From Tubulanus polymorphus (taxonomy: Eukaryota; Animalia; Nemertea), in assembly GCF_964204645.1 (NCBI RefSeq), contig NC_134036.1, forward strand, positions 8,951,677 through 8,969,658: 17,982 nucleotides of DNA, in the 5' to 3' direction. The notes beneath the pieces are model-generated. The model made no database searches and was not told where the DNA came from. It saw only the letters and a program-made list of their open reading frames with translations. Both the position numbers and the translations under genes were made by a program. This document shows, in pieces, positions 8,920-17,982 of the stretch (positions are counted from its first letter, which is position 1; each line of letters starts with the position of its first letter).

Positions 8920-9535
8920 TTTCTTACAATCTTACACATATCAGACTGCATTCAAAACACTTTACAGCTCCTAGTGATGAATGTAACTTTACTTATCTTT
9001 TATACTAAGCGATTCATTTTTCCTCCGTTGTTCCTCTGTCGCTCATACTGCTCTTGCTATTCCAATGTTGCTGAAAATGTTTGAATAAATTGATTGATTT
9101 GAATGGCATTATTGGCAAAAACAGAATAGTACAAGTTTGTGAATCTATGTACCGGCACTGCGCATCAATGAGCTCTGTAGAATTAACATTTGCTGGAAGA
9201 ATTCAAGATTTTAAAAGACCAAACAAACTTGTCTTTTTTTCGAAGTCGAACGAAGCGCTTTTTATTTTGTACTGAAAATGTTTTAAAACGTGCTGTAATG
9301 ACGAAATAGAAATTAATAATTATATGAAGCACTGTTTGGGATTTCGGGAGCTCCTGGTGGTATCACGTCGCCGTGGAACTTAATCCCGGTACCGAAGAGT
9401 TTACCGATATTTTCTCCAGTTACTATCTCGGGAAAATGAAGCTCTGAAAAACCTTGACAGTTCTGTATTTTCAGCTTAGGGGTGAAAAACTTATCTTTAA
9501 ACTTACTTGTTTTTAATTTTTTGATGTCGCTTGGA

Positions 9536-9814
9536 TCCTATGTTGATACCAAATTGTGCTGCTGCTGTTGCTGCTCCTATGTTGACGGATGCTGCTGCTC
9601 CTATGTTGACGGATGCTGCCTCTCCTATGTTGATGGATGCTGCCTCTCCTTTGTTGATGGATGCTGCTGCTCCTATGTTGACGGATGCTGCTTCTCCTAT
9701 GTTGATGGATGCTGCTGCTCCTATGTTGACGGATGCTGCTGCTCCTATGTTGACGGATGCTGCCTCTCCTATGTTGATGGATGCTGCTGCTCCTATGTTG
9801 ACGGTTGCTGCTAG
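9536..9814. repeat. 24-bp minisatellite, 10 copies plus one degenerate copy
   Basis: Unit TCCTATGTTGA(C/T)GGATGCTGC(TGC/CTC/TTC) repeated from 9575 to 9814. Confidence 0.97.
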
Positions 9815-10586
9815 AAAACTCAATTCATTCTTTCACTTTTATTCATCGTTGAAAGATTCTAATTCATTCTTATATGAAATGAACACATACTCAACCATTC
9901 ATATTAAATAAAGATCCCATGTTTTGATGTTGACTATTCAATCGATTTTGTTTCCAGTGTGCTATCAATCTAAAACAGATAAGCAAATTATTCTAAAAAA
10001 GAAATCTTCACACTTAGGAGAAACTAACAGCAATGAATATGTTGAATACTCACCGTTATATTCTAAAAGTAATCAAAAATATGTTTCCGACTTGTCGAGA
10101 TATCTATCACTAGGGCGTTTTGGGTATCTACAAACGAAAACTAAAGATTGTAAGATTTCCGAACAAAAAGGTCAACTATCAGAAAAAAATGAATTGAACT
10201 TGAGAAATTAAACTAGGCCTGAAATAAAAGATTTGAATACAAAACTAATTCAGTTTTTGAAGAATGGTACTATACACCTACAACAAAACTAACTACAAAA
10301 TCTTTGATATGAAAGATAGTTTACGAATCCACTGATTTAAATACATTTCATGATCGTTAATCTTAATTATAATCTAAAACTTACCAGATATGTTGGGATT
10401 TTCTGACTTGGCTTTGGTGGGTAATCCTCAATACAGGCCCTTCACTGGTGTGCGTGCGCTAGACGTGGTGGCTGGTTCTCGAATGAAGCTCTAACCAAGC
10501 GTTACTACAATACGATTTGGGTGGCGGCTATTGTGTGGAAATTCGATCATATCGTGACCCAAAATTGACACAATGAAGTACGTGTA

Positions 10587-10730
10587 CTAGAATATTCGAA
10601 CTCTATTAACTGTCTGCTTCATTCTTTTATGGTATATGCGGGTTTAATATACCAACTTCAGCGGGTTTAGAACGCGGCTACAAGACCGAAGCAAGAGGCA
10701 GGAATAAATCACATCACTCCTGTTTTAACT
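10587..10730 (+). pseudogene. L2/CR1-group LINE ORF2 C-terminal remnant
   Basis: LEYSNSI...YG...QLQRV*NAATR......NHITPVL resembles the conserved LDYCNSLLYG...KLQRVQNAAAR...DHITPVL segment downstream of the RT domain. Confidence 0.6.
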
Positions 10731-10923
10731 AACAAATACATGTATTCTAAAATAAAACGATGTAATTAGTTACTATATGCACCGGCACGAAAATTGATGG
10801 CCATCGGATCAATGTCTGTTTAATGGCAAATGTTATCATACAAAAATTTTATGATTTCAAATCATTTGTTTTGCTGAATATTGTTCCCAGTTTTATTAGG
10901 AGGCTACGGCAATTTACTGTAAT

Positions 10924-11034
10924 CTGTATTTTGTATTCTCGACTTTGGTCGTGTCTTGGTTATCACAAGTATTTTTAGTATTGTCGATTCGTTTTATTAA
11001 TTGGGGATATTTGACAGGGTGGACTGAGTATGAA
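10924..11034 (-). repeat. Inverted, diverged monomer of the ~154-bp satellite
   Basis: Reverse complement reads tcatactcagtccaccctgtcaaatatcccc...aacgaatcgacaatactaaaaatact...acacgaccaaagtcga, colinear with the monomer consensus. Confidence 0.8.
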
Positions 11035-11040
11035 TAAAAT

Positions 11041-12093
11041 AAAATGTTGAAAAGTAGGAAAATATTTACATAAAAACTGAAGTCATCCTCAATCCTCCTT
11101 GTCAAACATCCCCCAGTAACAAACGATTTAACCATTCTGAAAATTCTCGAAGAATACAAAACACGACTGAAGCGGAAATTGAAACAGATAAAAGAAAATG
11201 TTGAAAATTCGGAAAATATTCACATAACAAACTGAAGCCATATTCAATCCTTTTTCAAAAACATACCCCATTACAACAAACGCCTGTGCACATGCACACC
11301 TCAGTCGAATGCCACACACGCCACTTTTCACTCCAATCTTTTCCACGCAATCCTCCCTGTCAAACATCCCCGAGTAACAAATGACTCGACCATACTGAAT
11401 GTATACTTGATATAACAAAATAAGACCAAAGCCGATATTAAAACAGACGAAATAAAATGTTGAAAATTCTGAAAATATTTACATAACTGAAGTCATCCTC
11501 ACACCTCCTTGTCAAACATCCCTCGGTAAAAAACGAATCGACCATTCTGAAAATGCTCGATAAAACGAAACACGACCGGAGCCGATATCAAAACAGATAA
11601 AAGAAAATAATGATAATTCGGAAAATATTTATATCAACAACTGATGTCATCCTCAATCCTCCTTGTCAAACATCTCCCAGTAACAAAACACTCGACCATT
11701 CTGCAAATACTCTAGAAAACGAAACACGACTGAAGCCGATATCAAAACAGATAAAAAAAAACGTTGAAAATTCGGAAAATATTTACATTAAAATCTGAAG
11801 TTATTCTCAATCCTCCTTGTCAATCATCCCCAGTAACAAAAGACTCAACCATTCTGAAAATACTCGAGAAAACGAAACACGACCGAAGCCGATATTAAAA
11901 CAGATAAAAGAAAATTTTAAAAATTCGGAAAATATTCTCATAAAAAACTGAAGTCATCCTCAAACCTCGTTGTCCAACATCCCCCCAGTAACACACGACT
12001 CGACCATTCTAAAAAATACTTAAGAAAAACAAAACACGACCGAACCCAAAATTTAAACGGATGATACAAAAAGTTGGAAATTCGGAAAATATT
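11041..12093 (+). repeat. ~154-bp satellite array 1 (about 6-7 monomers, interrupted at 11284-11345)
   Basis: The anchor (a)ctgaagtcatcctc recurs at about 11076, 11231, 11486, 11640, 11794 and 11947. Confidence 0.95.
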
Positions 12094-12497
12094 CAAGCAA
12101 CAAAATGCGACCATCACTAAGTTTCATGTCACTCATTTTGCTCCCAGATCTCCAGGAAATAGTTATTGATTGCTATACTCAGTATAGTTAACTTTGATAG
12201 ATCCATCAATTCGTAAATTATAAACATGGAATACTACGTGTCACACATTAAAAAACTTGGTTTGACAGTTTGTAGTAAGTGAGTGCTGTTGGTGAAACAT
12301 ATGGATAGATAATTAGCTAGAATAGTTTGAGCAGAGTCTGGTTAGTTCAGAAGGAAGAGTGGTGAAAAACCCTAAACCTGACAAGTCAAACGAGAGGTTT
12401 TTTATCCGTAACAAGTATTTGGTAATTGGCATATGATGGTTTTGTCAACCGTTAATGACCAAAAGCAGATCTTGAGTATAATGCGGTGTGAGAATTA
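12094..12497. repeat. ~410-bp tail following array 1 (copy 1)
   Basis: Colinear with 14407-14833. Confidence 0.92.
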
Positions 12498-12679
12498 GTG
12501 ATGTATTGATCCCACTAGAGGTCGGTAGTGTAATTTGAATAAGCGATACATGAAAACCATTCATATACATATACAAGACCTTGAAAGTTTCATCACGTGT
12601 GGTTTCTTTGATTTTCCCGGTATTTATGTCGCTATTTGGTAGAAATGTCTTCAGTCTGACTGTGCACATGCACACCTCA

Positions 12680-14406
12680 GCCGATAGTAAAACGGATGAA
12701 AAAATGTTGAAAATTCGGAAAATATGTTCATTGAAAACTGAAGTCATCCTCACTCCTCCTGGTCAAACATTCCCGAGTAACAAACTACTTAATCATTCTG
12801 AAAATACTCGAGAAAACGAAACACGACCGAAGCCGACTTTAAAACGGCTACGAGAAATTAGTGATAATTTGGAAAATATTTACATTAACAACTGAAGTCA
12901 TCATCACTCCTCCTGGTCAAACATCCCCCAGTAACAAACCACTCGACCATTCTGAAAATACTCGAGAAAACGAAAGACGACCGAAGCCGATATTAAAACA
13001 ACTAAAAGACAATTTCGAAAATTCGGAAAATATTTACATTAAAAACTGAAGTCATCCTCACTCCTCCTTGTCAAACATTTCCCAGTAACAATTCAATTGG
13101 TCATTCTGAAAATACTCTAGAAAACGAAACACGACTGAAGCCAATAAAAGAAAACGTTGAAAATTCGGAAAATATTTACATTAAAATCTGAAGTTATTCT
13201 CAATCCTCCTTGTCAATCATCCCCAGTAACAAAAGACTCAACCATTCTGAAAATACTCGAGAAAACGAAACACGACCGGAGCCGATATCAAAACAGATAA
13301 AAGATAATGTTTATAATTCGGAAAATATTTACATTAACAACTGATGTCATCCTCAATCCTCCATGTCAAACATCCCCCGGTAACAAACGACACGTCCATA
13401 CTGAAAATACTCGAGAAAACGAAACAGGACCGAAGCCGATATTAAAACAGATAAAATAAAATGTTGAAAATTCGGAAAATACTTACATTGACAACTGAAT
13501 TCATCCTCACTCCTCCTTGTCAAACATCATCCTGTGACAAACCATTCGACCATTCTGAAAATACTCGAGAAAACGAAACACGACCGAAGCCGTTATTAAA
13601 ACACATGAAACAAAAGGTTGAAAATATTGTAAATATTTACACTAAAAACTGAAATCATCCGCAGTCCTCCTTGTAAATCATCCCCAGTAACAAACGAATC
13701 GACCATTCTATATAAACTTGATTAATCAAAACATGACCGAGGCCGATATTAAAACAGATAAAAGAAAATTTTGAAAATTCGGAAGATATTTACATCAAAA
13801 ACTGACGTCATCCTCAATCCTCCTTGTCAAAGATCGCCCAGTAACAAACCAATTGGTCATTCTGAAAATACTCAAGAAAACGAAACACGACTGAAGCCGA
13901 TATAAAAATAGATAAAAGAAAATGTTGAAAATTCGGAAAATATTTACATTAAAAACTGAAGTCATCCTTATCCTCCTTTTCTTACATCCCCTGGTAACAA
14001 ACGACTCGACCATTCTGAAAATACTCGAGAAAACCAAACACGACCGAAGCCGTTATTAAAACACATGAAACAGAAGGTTGAAAATTCGGAAAATATTTAC
14101 ATTAAAAACTGAAGTCACCCTCACTCATCCTTGTCAACCATCCTCCAGTAACAAACGACTCGACCATTCTGAAAATACTTGAGAAAACGAAACATGACCG
14201 TAGCCGCTAAAAAAATGGGTAAAAGAAAATGTTGATAATTCGGACAATATTTACATTAACAACTGAAGTCATCCTTATCCTCCTTTTCTAACATCCCCGG
14301 GTAACAAACGACTCGACCATTCTAAAAGTATACTTGAGAAAACGAAACACTACCGGACCCGGGATTTAAACGGATAATAGAAAATGTTAGAAATTCGGAA
14401 AATATT
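12680..14406 (+). repeat. ~154-bp satellite array 2 (about 11 monomers)
   Basis: Anchor at about 12737, 12891, 13045, 13187, 13340, 13493, 13648, 13801, 13955, 14108 and 14262. One monomer has a 12-bp deletion. Confidence 0.95.
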
Positions 14407-14833
14407 CAAGCAACGAAATGCGACCATCACTAAGTTTCACGTCTGCGGCCGTTTGACGTCACTCATTTTGCTCCCAGATCTCTATCCAGGAAATAGTCAT
14501 TGATTGCTATAATCAATATAATTAACTATGATAGATCAATCAATTCGTAAATTATAAACATGGAATACTATATGTCACAGATTAAAAACCTTGGTTTGAC
14601 AGTTTGTAGTTAGTGAGTGCTGTTGTTGAAACATGTGGATAGGTAATTAGCTAGAATAGTTTGCGTATGAGCAGAATCTGGTTAGTTCAGAAGGAAGAGT
14701 AGTGAAATACCTTAAACCTGACAAGTCAAACGAGAGGTTTTTTATCCGTAATAAGTATTTGGTAATTGGCATATGATGGTTTTGTCAACCGTTTATGACC
14801 AAAAGCAGATGTTGAGTATAATGTGAGTAATTG
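14407..14833. repeat. ~410-bp tail following array 2 (copy 2)
   Basis: Colinear with 12094-12497 apart from small indels. Ends about 70 bp upstream of the polymerase ATG. Confidence 0.92.
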
Positions 14834-14905
14834 GGAAAGTAGGCTTTCAGATCAGAGGTCGAAGGTCGACCACTCATCACCACAAGTAATGATTTTTCCT
14901 TATAA

Positions 14906-17900
14906 ATGGAGAATGAACAGCCAGAAAACAATAATGTCAATAAAAATCAATATTATTGTCAATATTGTAAAAAATACATCGATAAATCCCAAAAATCACG
15001 ACATGAAAAATCTGCAAATCATATAAAAAATGTAATAGATTTTGAAACTCCAGAAAATTCCAATGAAAGAAAAGAACGATTAGAAAATATGAATGTGGAT
15101 GAAATAAAATGTGAAGTTTGTAATGAATTTATAGTAAAAGGGAATTATAATAGACATCTCGAATCACAAAAACATTATAAAAATTTAAATAAAAATGTTT
15201 TAGGATCAGAATATTTTGATAATAAACCTCAACAAGTAAAAAAATCAACATCAAAAACTAAATCCGTTTCAAATAAACCTTACATGGAAAATGTTAGAAA
15301 TTATATTGATTCACTAGAAATAAAAGATACAATTGAAATTTTAGAAACATTACATAGTAAAATATGTCCTGCAGCTATTATATTTAGATTTTTTAAAGGT
15401 ACAGCAATAGAAGATTATAGTACATTTAATGAAATAATAGAAAAAATACTAGATTTGATAACAGATGTTGAATATCCAAAAATTAGTATCTCTGGGAAAG
15501 TAAGTTTTATAAAGTCAGAAGATAAAATGGATTATAATATTCAAACACTCTCTGAAGAAATAATTTCAAAAACACAAATAAAAGAGAAGTTAGAAAAAAT
15601 ATTTAATGAATTTAAACGTCATATTGAAGAAAGATATTTTGAGGGTTCTGGCTTAACATTGAATGAAATTATATATTTAGATTTAAATGTTTATAATACA
15701 AAAAGAAATAAAACATCAAAAAGTAATAAAATGTTTAAAAATGATTCAAACTTTACAACAGAAAAGGATATTAAAGCATCATCTTATATTTAATTACCAT
15801 TTACAACAAAAGCAGTAATAAATATTCAAAATGAAGATAATAAATGTTTTCTATGGTCAATTATTAGTAACTTACATCCAACACAGGAAAATGTTTGTAG
15901 AATAACAGATTATCGGAAATATGAAACATTATATAAAATTGATCAATATCCAGTAACTATAAAAATGATTTCTAAAATAGAAAAAGTTAATAATTTAAAA
16001 ATAAATGTATTCGAATTAATGCAATTACCAAAGACAAAAGGTGAAAATATTAAAGATTATACATTGGAAGCTTTATATTTAACAGAATATTATGATGATG
16101 AAAATGCTATAGATTTGTTATATTACAAAAAAGATGAAAATGAACATTATATGTGGTTAAAACAAATTGATTTATTCTTTAGGACAGAAAGTCATCACCA
16201 TAATAAGATTTATCTATGTAGAAAATGTTTATCTAAATTTATGACTGAGAATACATTACTAAAATATAAAGAATTATGTGATAATAAAGATTTTTGTAAA
16301 TTAATAATGCCAACAGAAAAAGATTATAAATTGAAACTTACTAATCATAAATTTAAGAATATTGTTGCATTTGTAATTTATAGGGATTTTGAATCGTTGA
16401 ATAAAGAATTAACTGATCAAGATAGAAAAGAAATATATAACAAAAAGCAATTGTTAAAATCAATGGATAAAGGAAATGAATTAAATGAAGACACAATACA
16501 AGACCCACCAATTATAAATACAATTAAAAAAGTTCATCAAATAGCTGCTGCTTATGGAATTTATATAAAATCAAATTATCCTGAATTATATGAAAGTCAA
16601 TATATTTCTTTTAGAGGTGAAAATGTAGTTAATGATTTTTGTGATAAAATGATTGAATTAGAAAGTGATTTTGCAAAATTATTAAACAAAAATAAAAGAA
16701 TAGTTATGACAAAAGAAGATGAAATTGATTTTAATTATGCAACTCATTGTTGTTATTGTGAAAAACGTTTTTATTCATTTGATAAAAGAGTTAGAGATCA
16801 TGATCATTTAAATTCAGAATATCGTGGAGCTGCTCATGAAGATTGCAATTTACGAGCTAAGAAAGTTAATTTCGTACCAATATTATTTCATAATTTATCA
16901 GGCTATGATACCCATCTATTTATAAAACAATTATCGGGAAAATTGGGCGCAATTAATCAAGAAATAGAAGAATATAATGCTATGAATGGTGTAAATGTAA
17001 GAAAATATGATTTTAAACTATTAGCTAAAACATCTGAAAATTATATTTCATTTCAATTTGGTTGCATTAGATTTTTAGATTCTTATAGATTTCTAGCAAG
17101 TTCATTAGATAATTTATCAAAAAGTTTAGTTGATAATGATTTTGTTATAACTCGATATTATTATCCAAATGAACAAGATTTTAAATTATTGAGATATAAA
17201 GGTGCAATTCCTTATTCATTTTATAAAACACACAATGATTTTAATGTAACAGAATTATTAAAAGATCAATTTTATAATCAATTAAAAGAGGAGTATGTGA
17301 AAGACGAAGTGTTTAATAGGACATTAAATATTTGGAACCATTTTAAGATGAAAAACCATGGTGAATTAGTTGATTTATATTTAAAATCAGACGTTATGAT
17401 ATTGGCTGACATATTTGAAAAATTTAGAGAAGTTAATTTGAATCATTTTAATGTTGATCCTTGTTATTGCTACTCTAGTCCTGGTTTAACCTGGCAATGT
17501 GGTTTAAAATATACAAATGTAGAATTAGATTTATTAAAAGAACCAGATATGGTTTTATTATTTGAAACATCAATTAGCGGTGGAATTAGTGGTGTTATGG
17601 GAGATAGGTATTTTAAAGCAAATGATGAATATAAATTATTATATATTGACGCCAATAATTTATATGGTTGGGCAATGATGCAACCTCAACCATATGAAAA
17701 TTTTATATTAACAGAAGTTGAAAATGGTGATAAAACTGATTGGGAAAGCGCAATTGCGAGTTTAAAAGATGAAGCACCAATTGGTTATTTCTTTGTAGTT
17801 GATTTAGAATATCCTGAAAATATAAAGTTTAAAACAAGAAACTTACCTTATTGCCCAGAACATTTAACTGTAGATGCTAGTTATTTTAGTGAATACCAGA

Positions 17901-17982
17901 AGAAAATAAAACCGAAAGATCATGTTTTTACAGAAAAATTAATACTTACTCAAAATAATAAATACAATTATATTGTTCATTA
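14906..17982 (+). CDS. polB: Polinton protein-primed family B DNA polymerase (pPolB) with one in-frame TAA at 15791-15793; runs off the window end
   Basis: After the 295-aa ORF I translated the same frame by hand and it stays open for about 729 codons. Motifs: SSYI*LP...KAVINIQNEDNKCFLWS, ExoI YRDFES, EndoVII RDHDH..YRGAAHEDCNL, ExoII FHNLSGYD, RFLDSYRF, ExoIII YLKSDVMILADIFEKFR, SGGIS, motif A YIDANNLYGWAM (~17642-17677), GYFFVVDLEYP. The downstream part is missing from the ORF track, probably because it has no stop inside the window. Confidence 0.93.

Noticed and set aside
9482-9814. Metallothionein-like or keratin-associated Cys-rich gene
   Set aside because: It arises from a minisatellite that is open in several frames, starts at GTG, and has no independent coding evidence.
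8920-10580. Host gene or further viral genes (ORFs 9081-9275, 9924-10211)
   Set aside because: Short, with no recognisable motifs in the frames I examined; left unannotated.
12950-12985. Hammerhead (retrozyme) core in the satellite monomer, CTGAAAA...CGAAA
   Set aside because: G8 is absent, and there is no convincing stem II, stem III or cleavage triplet.
10914-14037. Short ORFs in the satellite (e.g. 11610-11798, 12581-12895, 12861-13049, 13461-13652, 13795-14037)
   Set aside because: The unit length is not a multiple of 3 and stops recur in each monomer; these are chance ORFs.
11041-14406. CRISPR-like array
   Set aside because: The entire 154-bp unit is repeated, with no unique spacers and no cas genes, in a eukaryotic TE context.
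1240-14905. Polinton terminal inverted repeats and 6-bp TSD
   Set aside because: No AG-repeat terminus or matching inverted pair could be identified within the window.
15791-15793. Alternative genetic code (TAA read as sense)
   Set aside because: Only one TAA occurs in more than 1000 AT-rich codons, and TAA terminates other genes here (1695-1697, 4923-4925).

Overview
AT-rich, repeat-dense window that looks like eukaryotic (probably invertebrate) nuclear DNA, with no recognisable host gene. Two blocks come from a Polinton/Maverick (adintovirus-like) endogenous virus. The first is a decayed + strand cluster at about 1330-5182: predicted membrane protein, major capsid protein split by a 1.1-kb insertion, retroviral-type integrase with chromodomain, and the 5' part of a packaging ATPase. 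The second is a nearly intact protein-primed family B DNA polymerase gene from 14906 to the window end, with N-terminal zinc fingers, a putative OTU-like protease, an endonuclease VII insert and one in-frame TAA. Around and between them are sense and antisense copies of a ~1.1-kb composite unit holding a Penelope-like RT fragment, three copies of a Helitron-like element, a short insertion with a 13-bp TSD, a (CAG)14 tract, a 24-bp minisatellite, an L2/CR1 LINE remnant, and two arrays of a ~154-bp satellite, each followed by the same ~410-bp tail. All family assignments come from reading motifs by eye; no database search was run.
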